This document shows positions 55,266 to 64,000 of a stretch of 64,000 bases of DNA, piece by piece (positions within the stretch are counted from its first letter, which is position 1; every line of letters begins with the position of its first letter). Below the pieces are notes generated by a model. That model was given only the letters and a program-made list of their open reading frames with translations. It was not told the origin of the DNA and ran no database searches. A program made the translations under genes and the position numbers. Origin of the DNA: a virus. The stretch is from the IMG/VR virus record IMGVR_UViG_3300032268_001078, positions 96,001 through 160,000 of that record. One strand, 5' to 3'.

Positions 55266-56291
55266 TTAGTAATCCAGCTTAATTCTTACAAGTGTTTCTT
55301 TTGTAAAGTCTTTTTGTAATGGTTTACTTAATTTAGCTACAGCTAATAATTCATTATTATCATTGTATAATCCTACAGTAGTAATATAAGTTACAGGAGA
55401 ATAAATCAATTGGTTATAAATTAAATTTCCATCACTATCAATAATAGTTGGGTTTGCTGTGTAATTATTTTCAGCATTTTTAGCTCTACAAAATATAAAA
55501 TTTGAAGAAATTACTTCACTTGCTTGTAAACTAAAATTAGCACCAGAACTCACAGCATTAAATAATATTCTATTGTTATAATTATAAAATGGATTTTGTT
55601 CAGGTGTTGAAGAATTACTTGTATTCCAACTTATACCAATACCTCCATCAGCTATAGATGCACTTAAAGCATTAGGATTTAAAATAATAGCTCCTAAATC
55701 AGGAAATACATAACCATATGTTCCCATAGCTGTTCCAGCTGTACTGTAAGCATTTCCTTGACTTCCACTTATTAAAGTATAATACTGAGTAGAATTAATA
55801 AATGTAGCTGATGTTTGAACTTGACTATTGTCTGTTAAACTTAATTCATCTGTTCCATTTTTTAATTTTAAAGTTAAACTTCCTGGATTGAAAGATTGTT
55901 TATATTTACTTCTAGCTACTGAAATTACCGCAATACTATCAGAACCTGAAGTATAATCAAAATTAAATTTAGAATTTTCATCTCCTAAAATTAATGCTCT
56001 CCATTGTCCATAAACATCTTTAGTAGGAGTTGAATATGGAGCTAAACTATTAAAATAATATGATCCGCTTCCTAAAATATTACCATAAGCTATTGAAAAT
56101 TGATTAGTAGCATTAGCATCAGTTGAAGATGTTTGGTAAACATTTAAATAAAACCTACCAGTACTTCCACTTTCTTGAATAGAACTAGTAAAAAATGAAT
56201 TTAATGTATAAACATTATTAGACCAAGCGGGAGATACTAGTATCTCATTATTTACTACTTGGTCATCTGGTTGTATAGTTGTAAAAGCCAT
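55266..56291 (-). CDS. Baseplate / fibre-anchor-like protein, 341 aa
   Basis: TYITTVGLYNDNNELLAVAKLSKP. Confidence 0.7.
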   Translation of the reverse strand: MAFTTIQPDDQVVNNEILVSPAWSNNVYTLNSFFTSSIQESGSTGRFYLNVYQTSSTDANATNQFSIAYGNILGSGSYYFNSLAPYSTPTKDVYGQWRALILGDENSKFNFDYTSGSDSIAVISVARSKYKQSFNPGSLTLKLKNGTDELSLTDNSQVQTSATFINSTQYYTLISGSQGNAYSTAGTAMGTYGYVFPDLGAIILNPNALSASIADGGIGISWNTSNSSTPEQNPFYNYNNRILFNAVSSGANFSLQASEVISSNFIFCRAKNAENNYTANPTIIDSDGNLIYNQLIYSPVTYITTVGLYNDNNELLAVAKLSKPLQKDFTKETLVRIKLDY

Positions 56292-56956
56292 TATTGTTTT
56301 TTCTTAACTGTGTATGGAATACTAATTCTAGCACCTGAATTTCTACCTAAAATATTAATAGTTGTTGTAACTTGAGTAACACCAGTTGGGAAAATATCAT
56401 TTAAACTAGTAGCAGTGATAGTAAATGCTGTACCAATTTGAGTAACACTTAATGGAGCTCCTGATGTAGTTGGAGTTGCTGTTGTACTTGGTAAAGCTGT
56501 TGTATCAACTCCTGTACCTGTAAAAGATGCTACTAAATTTTGATTAGAAATTGTAATTAAATAACCTAAAGGTTCAACAGTTTCAATAGTTCCTAAATAA
56601 TTTAATGTTGTAGGTTGTAAAGTAACAGTAGCCCCTTGTTGTATACTGAAACTAGCTCTACCACCAACATTTAATACTGGTAGTCTTGAAGTACCTCTTG
56701 GTAGAGTTACTAATTGATATTTAAGATCTTGAGTATCATCTACAAAAGCTTCTAATAAAGGTAAACGCTCAATTGCTTCACCGTAAAAAGCTGATCCTGA
56801 TGGATGATTTGGATTATAAAGTGTATAATCAATTTCATCATCTGCTAATGCAAATTGAGTAATTCTAAAAGAACCGTCGTTTCGTGCTAATAATTCTCTG
56901 CCTTTACGGGTTAGAACAGCGTCTATAGTAACAAATTCGTTATTTAAATATGCCAT
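56291..56956 (-). CDS. Baseplate structural protein, 221 aa
   Basis: DAVLTRKGRELLA...FRITQFALADDEIDY. Confidence 0.65.
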   Translation of the reverse strand: MAYLNNEFVTIDAVLTRKGRELLARNDGSFRITQFALADDEIDYTLYNPNHPSGSAFYGEAIERLPLLEAFVDDTQDLKYQLVTLPRGTSRLPVLNVGGRASFSIQQGATVTLQPTTLNYLGTIETVEPLGYLITISNQNLVASFTGTGVDTTALPSTTATPTTSGAPLSVTQIGTAFTITATSLNDIFPTGVTQVTTTINILGRNSGARISIPYTVKKKQ

Positions 56957-56964
56957 AATTTATG

Positions 56965-56972
56965 ATAAATAT
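56965..56972 (-). promoter_or_regulatory. Class I motif ATATTTAT
   Basis: 8 nt upstream of start 56956. Confidence 0.65.
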
Positions 56973-59900
56973 TATACTAATAAGTTTTTTGATGCTAAAT
57001 CTTGAACTATATTTGAAAAATTTTCTTTTAATGTTGAAGAAGGATATTTAGGTAATATAAATCCTGGGCCTTGAGAGTTTTGAGTATTTAACATTATAAA
57101 ACCAGGGTCATCTATTAATCGTCTTATAACAAAATAATCTAAATTTTGTCCTTGAGGAGTTCTATCTAAAAATAAATGTAATTGATTAGAAAGATCTATT
57201 GATGATGATAAAATAGTATATACTTGACTTTCATTTCCCATAAATCTTATTTCATCATTTATATTAATAGTAAAAGGTAAAGGACTTGAAAAACCACTAT
57301 TAGGATTTGATATTAATGGATATGTATATGAATCTAATTGAGTATAACTTTCACCATAAAAATAACTTAATGATGGAGATACTACTAATTCTGTACTTCC
57401 TGTTGTTGTTGTTACTAAAAATGGTGCTTTAGCGTTTGTGTAAAGTGCTGCTCCAGCTGGATCTATTTTAAATTGAGTATAATTTCCTCCATCTTCATCT
57501 AAAATATAAATTGCTGAACCAACAGGATCTCTATTATCGGAGTAGGTTACATAGAAACTATCTCCTGCTTTTAATAATCCTGTCCAACTAACATCAAAAA
57601 TTCCTGTTGTATTATCACTAACATTTTTAGCCTCGGTGTCTAATAATACACCATTATTGTATAAACGTATAAATACAAATACAGTATCTGGTGAAATATT
57701 AAAATTATTTCTAACTATTACTTTAGCAGATACAGTAACTTGACCAGTAGAATTTCTAGTTACATTGTAAGTAGAAGTTGAAGTATTCCATCCTCTGGCT
57801 TCATCTTCAGCAATATCATTAAATTTTATACCTTCAAATTCTACAGGTTGGTATGTATCAGTTAATCCTACTAATGTTGTAATTGCAGTTATATCACCAG
57901 AAGGTGAATAAAAAGACATTGTTGTATTATATCCTGGCTGTAAATAATTTGTATCTAATGATCCTGTATCTGAGTAAAGTATTGTTGAATAAGTTCTTAA
58001 TGGTCTATGAACTGTAGTTGATTTTGAAGATTGTTGATAATAAGTAGCATTATATAATGTATAATTTACTTCATCATATGCTCCAAATCCTTGATCTACA
58101 ATACCATAATACTCTGATCCAGTTGGTTCAGGTAAATATGTTTTCCCAGTTTCATCAATTAAATATCTAATATGAAAATTATTAGAACCTTGTCTTTCAG
58201 CTAAAGTATCACTAGTCCAATCATAGAATAACATATATGGTGTAGTTACTTCTACATTACTAAAAGACAAAGAAGGATAATTATTAATAAATTGATTAAA
58301 ACCAGGAGCTGTAAGTTTTACACCTTCTACTCTACTTCTATCCCAACTAGTTTCAGTTAATAAACTGTCTTGAAATTCAACACTTCCACTTTTTAAAACA
58401 TTTATAGTTGATGGTTGGAATATAAATTCAACAAACAACCATGATAAAAATCCAGGACCATCAAATGAATATAAACTTCCTTCACATGCATCTATAAGTA
58501 TATTTCTACCACCTAAAAGAGCACTAGGAATAAGTGTTAATTGACTATTACCACTACAGTCTGTATATGTTAATATATGAGCACTACTTATATCTAAATT
58601 ATTTACATCATATCTTACACAAGTACACCTTGTATCTGGTTCTACTTGAGTATTAAGTTTTTTAAATTTAAATTGACTAATTATAGCTTTATCAACATTA
58701 TTATTTAAAGCATCATATCCTCCATATTGTTGAACAAATCGTGTTCCATAATAAGGTTTAGAATCTAATATTGTATATCCAGTTCCAAAAATATGACCTA
58801 TTTGATCTTTTAAAGCTATAATTTGAATTTGATTTAACCCACTAGAACCAGAAGCTTGTTGTGTGTTACTACAATCTGACCAGGTAAGTAATCCATCATA
58901 TTGAATTGTATACTCATAACATTCAGTCACAGATGTGAATGGATTAATTTGTTCATAAGAACTGTCTAAATTTATAGTAGAATCACTTATATTTCCTGTA
59001 TAGAAAGCTTCATTTAATGGAGAATTTCTTGAACAACAATAATTTCCAGGATTAGATCCTTCGATAGTCACAATTTCAGTTTCACCAAAATACACAGAAC
59101 TTGTACTAACATTAGGTTCATGTCTAGCTACTTTGTTTCTTTCAAGAATATGAGGTTTAATTATTACACCACTAGACATGTCTGTTCTAGCTGGTGTAAA
59201 ATCATTTAAATATCTAAATAAAGACTTATGAAAAGTCTCCATTAGTATTAAAAAATCTTTATAATTGTAAGCAGTATTGTATTTAGTAAAATAGTTTTCT
59301 TGTAATTTAGTTAAAGCTTCATAATTAGAATCTGTAAGAGTTGATGGATCTCCTATAATATTATCTAAATTATAAGTATTACCTAAGTGAGCTATAATAT
59401 CATTGTTAATTTGATCTTGTGGACTAAATCCAGCTTGAGTAGTTTGAACATCAAATGTTCTAGAACTAGTAGAAGGATAAACTACAGATTTATTAAATTG
59501 AAGAATGTTTGAAGCTAAACTTTCACTAACTATTCTAATTTTATTAGTAACAGGAACAGAATATCCTCCAATAGCTGGTTGGCTATAATACATTTCTGTA
59601 AAAGAAATATAATTTGAACCAGTAAGATTTAAAGTAATATCTGGTCTTAAAGTTGGTTGTGAACCAGTAATTCTACTTCCACTTATTTGTAAATCATTTC
59701 CTAAAGGAAATCTAAATAATAAATCATTATAAGCTGAATTTGAATTATTTCCTACATATGATTCTGGATTTAATGTATGAGTATTAATTATAGATTCAGA
59801 AATAAAATTATTGTATGCTTTTAATTCTTGAAATTGACCATAATATTCACCAGTTCCAAAATTATAAAAAGGAGAACTAATTAAAGATGCTGTAATATTT

Positions 59901-62077
59901 GGAGGAATTGTTCCTAAGTAAGTATTACTTCCAGTTTCAATAAATCTACTATTAGATGGAGTTGAAATAAATGAAGAAGATTGATGTCCTATTTCTCCAC
60001 TTAATTCAGATTTTACATAAAGTCTAGTAGTAGTAGAATTTCTTTCTAAAACTACATTCCACCAATTATAATCTCCATCAGAACCAGTTACATAAAATGG
60101 TAAAGTTACTTGTAAAGGAGTGTTATATAAAGCCAACCCAGAGTCATTTGAATAAAAACTTAAAGTTCCATATTGATAACTTCCACTTTGATTTCCATTT
60201 AATGTTATAATACTATTAGGTCTTTTAGAAGAACCTGTAGGAAAATTACTAAATAAAGATTGAGTAGCATAAACAGAAGCACTAGGATAAGGTTTAAATC
60301 TAAACTCTAATGTTTGAATTTGTTGAGTTGTTGAGTTAGGTAAACTTAATTGAGTATAAGTAGTTTTACTACTACTTAAAGCATAAGTAAATTTAGGATA
60401 GCTGTATTCAACTGTATTTGAGTCTTTATCAATACCACCAAATTCTAAAGGTATTAATACTGTATCAGGAATACCATAAAGTGTAGTTAAATAATTTACA
60501 AACTTGGTTGTGCCTTTTGATTTAAGCAATGTTGGTAAATTAGCATATATTCTTTTAAATACTGATTTGGCTTCATCTTGTCCAGATAAAGTAGGATTAG
60601 AAGCAGTTACAGCGGTTTGCCAAGATTGAGGCATAAATGTATAACTTCCACTTTGATTTATACCATAAAGATAAGTAGCTAAATCATCTTGATCACCATC
60701 AGTGTAAAGACTAATACCTAAAGACTGTAGAGCATCTCCTACTAAATCTTTAGAAATACCATCCATTAAACTATTTTTTGCTTTCCAAATATCGGTAATA
60801 GCTCTTATATAAATCCAAATGTCATCAAACATTTGACCCATAGAATGAATAAATGGTTTTACATATTCAAAATCATCTCTTTCTTGTAAATAAATTGGTA
60901 AACCATAAACTAAATTATTATTATTAAATTCATCATAATAACTAGCTGATGTGTAATTAAGATTATACCAGTTTATTGCTTGAGATGAAGTTGAAGAATA
61001 TAAATTAAAAGGAGGTTGATTATTAGATTTGGGCCAAGCAAAACTTGTAGATTCAAAATACAAATAAGTTTCATATCCATCAAATCCTTTAATAATTTCA
61101 TTTATTTTATTTTGGTAAACTATATTATCTAAACTTGATGATGGTAAATAATTATTATATAATTCTAATTTTTGTATTTTAGTTTTAAATGTACTTAGTC
61201 TTTGAGTTTGTGATCCAAAATGAGTAAAATTATTATAGTTTGTATAATCAACATTAATAATTGGATTAGAACTACTAATAAAACCTAATAAGTTTTGTAA
61301 TTGAGGATTATTTGACCCAGTTAAAGCTATTAGTTGATTAAAATTATAATAATCACTTGAACCTATTCTTTGATCATCTACATTTAAACTAAAATTAGCT
61401 TGACGTAAAGAAGGTAAAGCAGATGCTTCTACAGGTATTTGATTTATTATTGCTTCAAACCCTTGTGTTTCTGAGATTTCTTCTACTAAATTAAGAGGAG
61501 AATTTACTACTATTGTATCGGGTAAAGCATTAAATAATTTAACAAGAATACTAACATTTCCATTAATATCTTTTTCTACAGCAAATGAATTAGCTGTTAT
61601 TAAATTATTACTTCCTAAGTCTAAATAAAATTCAAGAAAATAATTTCTACTATTTATTAAATCTATATATGTTAAAGCATTACTGTAAACAACATCATTT
61701 GATTCTACTGTAGTAGCTATTTTTATTTCAGTTCTATCTTGAGAAATATTTTGAATAAATAAATCAAGATTAGAATTTAATGTTACTATAGGTCTTAAAA
61801 AATTATAATATAAATTATATGTTCCTAATCTATATCCTAAATCTGTAATATCTTTTTCAGGATCAAGATTTATTACTTTATTATCAGTAAGAGTATAATT
61901 CTGAAAGTTAGAAATATTATTTAATAAGGTATTAGTTGATGTATTATAAACATATAACTGAATAAAATCTTGAGGTAGTCCAAAATATCTAGTAATTTCT
62001 TTAGAATCTACAAGACCTTGTTCTTGTGGACTTAATATACCGCCTGGGGTTCCTATAGAATTTATTATAACTGTCAT
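56972..62077 (-). CDS. Large baseplate wedge-like protein, 1701 aa, with a LamG-like central domain
   Basis: HSMGQMFDDIW, LLKSKGT, YGIPDT, EFGG; FRFKP...WNVVLER...GQFQELK; GVIIKPHILERNK. Confidence 0.7.
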   Translation of the reverse strand: MTVIINSIGTPGGILSPQEQGLVDSKEITRYFGLPQDFIQLYVYNTSTNTLLNNISNFQNYTLTDNKVINLDPEKDITDLGYRLGTYNLYYNFLRPIVTLNSNLDLFIQNISQDRTEIKIATTVESNDVVYSNALTYIDLINSRNYFLEFYLDLGSNNLITANSFAVEKDINGNVSILVKLFNALPDTIVVNSPLNLVEEISETQGFEAIINQIPVEASALPSLRQANFSLNVDDQRIGSSDYYNFNQLIALTGSNNPQLQNLLGFISSSNPIINVDYTNYNNFTHFGSQTQRLSTFKTKIQKLELYNNYLPSSSLDNIVYQNKINEIIKGFDGYETYLYFESTSFAWPKSNNQPPFNLYSSTSSQAINWYNLNYTSASYYDEFNNNNLVYGLPIYLQERDDFEYVKPFIHSMGQMFDDIWIYIRAITDIWKAKNSLMDGISKDLVGDALQSLGISLYTDGDQDDLATYLYGINQSGSYTFMPQSWQTAVTASNPTLSGQDEAKSVFKRIYANLPTLLKSKGTTKFVNYLTTLYGIPDTVLIPLEFGGIDKDSNTVEYSYPKFTYALSSSKTTYTQLSLPNSTTQQIQTLEFRFKPYPSASVYATQSLFSNFPTGSSKRPNSIITLNGNQSGSYQYGTLSFYSNDSGLALYNTPLQVTLPFYVTGSDGDYNWWNVVLERNSTTTRLYVKSELSGEIGHQSSSFISTPSNSRFIETGSNTYLGTIPPNITASLISSPFYNFGTGEYYGQFQELKAYNNFISESIINTHTLNPESYVGNNSNSAYNDLLFRFPLGNDLQISGSRITGSQPTLRPDITLNLTGSNYISFTEMYYSQPAIGGYSVPVTNKIRIVSESLASNILQFNKSVVYPSTSSRTFDVQTTQAGFSPQDQINNDIIAHLGNTYNLDNIIGDPSTLTDSNYEALTKLQENYFTKYNTAYNYKDFLILMETFHKSLFRYLNDFTPARTDMSSGVIIKPHILERNKVARHEPNVSTSSVYFGETEIVTIEGSNPGNYCCSRNSPLNEAFYTGNISDSTINLDSSYEQINPFTSVTECYEYTIQYDGLLTWSDCSNTQQASGSSGLNQIQIIALKDQIGHIFGTGYTILDSKPYYGTRFVQQYGGYDALNNNVDKAIISQFKFKKLNTQVEPDTRCTCVRYDVNNLDISSAHILTYTDCSGNSQLTLIPSALLGGRNILIDACEGSLYSFDGPGFLSWLFVEFIFQPSTINVLKSGSVEFQDSLLTETSWDRSRVEGVKLTAPGFNQFINNYPSLSFSNVEVTTPYMLFYDWTSDTLAERQGSNNFHIRYLIDETGKTYLPEPTGSEYYGIVDQGFGAYDEVNYTLYNATYYQQSSKSTTVHRPLRTYSTILYSDTGSLDTNYLQPGYNTTMSFYSPSGDITAITTLVGLTDTYQPVEFEGIKFNDIAEDEARGWNTSTSTYNVTRNSTGQVTVSAKVIVRNNFNISPDTVFVFIRLYNNGVLLDTEAKNVSDNTTGIFDVSWTGLLKAGDSFYVTYSDNRDPVGSAIYILDEDGGNYTQFKIDPAGAALYTNAKAPFLVTTTTGSTELVVSPSLSYFYGESYTQLDSYTYPLISNPNSGFSSPLPFTININDEIRFMGNESQVYTILSSSIDLSNQLHLFLDRTPQGQNLDYFVIRRLIDDPGFIMLNTQNSQGPGFILPKYPSSTLKENFSNIVQDLASKNLLV

Positions 62078-62400
62078 TATTGATTGTTAAAAGTGTCGAT
62101 TTGTTTTTGTAATAATTCGTTTTGAACTTGTAATTCTTGTAATTGTAAAAGTAATTGTTGTAAATTAAGACCAATATATTCACTACTTTTTTCTATAAGA
62201 GTTTCGTGACTATTTGTTCCTGTTTTTGGAATATTATAAAATAAATTATCATAATTTTCAAAAAGTTGAGGAACATCAACTACAGGAGGTGCTGGTGTTG
62301 TATCTACAGGTGGAATATAGTTTGTAAAAGTAGTATTTATAACCTTATTTATATCAGGACTATATATTCTTTTTTGAGATGGAATGTTTATCTGTGCCAT
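62077..62400 (-). CDS. Hypothetical baseplate-region protein, 107 aa
   Basis: FENYDNLFYNIPKTG..SHETLIEKSSEY; coiled-coil C-terminus. Confidence 0.6.
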   Translation of the reverse strand: MAQINIPSQKRIYSPDINKVINTTFTNYIPPVDTTPAPPVVDVPQLFENYDNLFYNIPKTGTNSHETLIEKSSEYIGLNLQQLLLQLQELQVQNELLQKQIDTFNNQ

Positions 62401-62402
62401 AA

Positions 62403-63638
62403 TTAAGGAGTTTCAGAAATATAACAAGTCTCAACCCATCCTGCATCTACATATGGATATACAATTGAACCTGTAGGTATAGGTGCCGGACCGGGAGGTG
62501 CATCTGGTGTTGGTAAAAGTATTGGGTTTAGTATATCACTCGTTGGACCAGAATTTTGAGTAACTTTAAAATTTAAATTATCAGTTAATGTATAAAAATT
62601 ACCACTTAAATATGTTCTAACTTGAATTTGATAGTATCTATTAGGTTCAAGTGTATCCATATCTAAATTAAAGAAATTACTTGTATTATCAGCACTTAGT
62701 CTAGTACCTATACTATTAAAAGGAACAATAATATCATTAGTATCTACATCAACAATCTGATACCAAGAATTATAAGGTAAAATTTTATTATAAGCATACA
62801 ACGATTGAGTAGTAAATGTTCTAGCAGGATATCTTTCTCTAGCATATACTCTTAATTGTACTTTTTCATTTGATTGAAATTCATTTCTGTTATTTCCTAA
62901 AGTAGCTGTAAAATCTTGATTAGAAAGAATTCTACTGTAACTTCCAGAAGTTAAATTCCATGTTTGATCATTCCAATAAAATATTAAACTTGGAGGATAA
63001 ATAGTATTTGTGTCTCTACTAAAATAACTTAAATGATATTGATAAGCAGGATTATTTTCAGTATTTGAATCTACATGCAGTATATGACCATAATTAGGAA
63101 TATAATTATAATAATGTAATAATACTTGATCTGTTATATTAGCAAATATATCAAATGGAGTATATGTTGAAATTGATTGAGTTGTAGTATAATTTTCATA
63201 CCATGAACCACCTCCAACTGAACTTGAATAAGATCCTGTAATTCCATATGATCCACTAATAGACCAATTAGTAAGAGTTGTTGGGTAAGTCCAACTAACT
63301 CCATTAGTTGTGGCAGGACTATTAGCTAATCTTCCAGTTCCCATATCCCACGCGTTTCCTACCGGATCTATGTTAATATCTAATTGAGTAGGTAATGAAT
63401 CTACTTCACTACAATACATTCTTAAATAAGCATTCCATGAACCTGAAGTAATTGTAGGAACAATTTTATTATTAACTACATTTTCTATTTGTTGTTGATC
63501 AAAAGCTATTACAATTCTAGAAGGATTGTATTTTGATGTTTTAGAAAGTTCTAATATTTCATCAATCCCAGTATTAGTAGCTGGATATTCTTGGTATAAT
63601 GTAGCGTCTTTAGAAGGAAACAGTTGATAGAATGCCAT
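62403..63638 (-). CDS. Baseplate-region structural protein, 411 aa
   Basis: FPSKDATLY...NTGIDEILE; FSRDTNTIYPP; Pro-rich linker before a short C-terminal tail. Confidence 0.65.
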   Translation of the reverse strand: MAFYQLFPSKDATLYQEYPATNTGIDEILELSKTSKYNPSRIVIAFDQQQIENVVNNKIVPTITSGSWNAYLRMYCSEVDSLPTQLDINIDPVGNAWDMGTGRLANSPATTNGVSWTYPTTLTNWSISGSYGITGSYSSSVGGGSWYENYTTTQSISTYTPFDIFANITDQVLLHYYNYIPNYGHILHVDSNTENNPAYQYHLSYFSRDTNTIYPPSLIFYWNDQTWNLTSGSYSRILSNQDFTATLGNNRNEFQSNEKVQLRVYARERYPARTFTTQSLYAYNKILPYNSWYQIVDVDTNDIIVPFNSIGTRLSADNTSNFFNLDMDTLEPNRYYQIQVRTYLSGNFYTLTDNLNFKVTQNSGPTSDILNPILLPTPDAPPGPAPIPTGSIVYPYVDAGWVETCYISETP

Positions 63639-63644
63639 GTGTTA

Positions 63645-63652
63645 ATAAATAT
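63645..63652 (-). promoter_or_regulatory. Class I motif ATATTTAT
   Basis: 6 nt upstream of start 63638. Confidence 0.65.
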
Positions 63653-64000
63653 TAAATACTAACAACTCTGCCTAATATATCATTATCTGGGAATTTTATT
63701 TCAAAAATCATAGGGTCTAAACTTGGATAAATAACTCCATTTAAATTAGCTCCAGTTAAATCATAAGTATATGGACTATAATTTCCTCCAGATTTATTTA
63801 TAAATTCAAGTTTTTTAACAGCAGCTACTCCATTTACATTAGCAGCAGATATTATATTTTCAACTTGAGATAAAATAATAGGTTGGTTAATTGACCATTT
63901 TTTAGTATCAAAAAATGATTTTAAACTATTAATTGCTCCAACTAATACTTGTTGAGCGTTAAAACCTTGAAGTACTTGAATTTCAAAATTAATTCCAATA
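63652..64000 (-). CDS. Baseplate wedge subunit (T4 gp6-like), C-terminal part
   Basis: IGINFEI...WSINQPIILS...YPSLDPMIFEIKFPDNDILGRVV; start lies outside the window. Confidence 0.75.
   Translation of the reverse strand, partial: IGINFEIQVLQGFNAQQVLVGAINSLKSFFDTKKWSINQPIILSQVENIISAANVNGVAAVKKLEFINKSGGNYSPYTYDLTGANLNGVIYPSLDPMIFEIKFPDNDILGRVVSI

Noticed and set aside
1-64000. Stop-codon reassignment as seen in some jumbo phages
   Set aside because: Core genes are full length under the standard code, and TAG/TGA end genes at sensible positions; readthrough of TAG at 5677 meets another stop within a few codons
1-64000. tRNA or rRNA genes
   Set aside because: Intergenic gaps are short and AT-rich; no cloverleaf or T-loop GTTCGA context seen by eye (tRNAscan not run)

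Overview
A 64-kb segment of a large, AT-rich, T4-like contractile-tailed phage (myovirus, probably jumbo-sized). Every credible gene is on the minus strand and uses the standard code. In transcription order (right to left) it carries: baseplate wedge genes; a small replication insert (Seg-like nuclease, primase, PD-(D/E)XK exonuclease); an 809-aa multi-enzyme protein and a cluster of probable internal head proteins; a YadA-like fibre gene next to an Aah/TibC-family glycosyltransferase; small metabolic genes; terminase, portal, prohead protease, scaffold, major capsid, PhoH and neck genes; about 13 kb of Ser/Thr/Gly-rich fibre genes; and sheath, tube, tail chaperones, tape measure and baseplate hub genes. 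Three free-standing homing endonucleases are interspersed. The lack of Shine-Dalgarno sequences and the promoter geometry suggest a Bacteroidota host (inference). Strongest leads: (1) a polyprotein whose enzyme domains are separated by L-[NQ]-E linkers matching T4-type prohead protease sites, alongside head proteins carrying the same sites and a copy of the scaffold C-terminal motif; (2) a candidate virion-glycosylation system; (3) a +1/-2 frameshift site in the tail chaperone pair; (4) two promoter-like motif classes: ATATTTAT (22 copies upstream of starts) and TTGG-N14-TTTATTATATT (7 copies). All annotations come from motif recognition only; no database searches were run.
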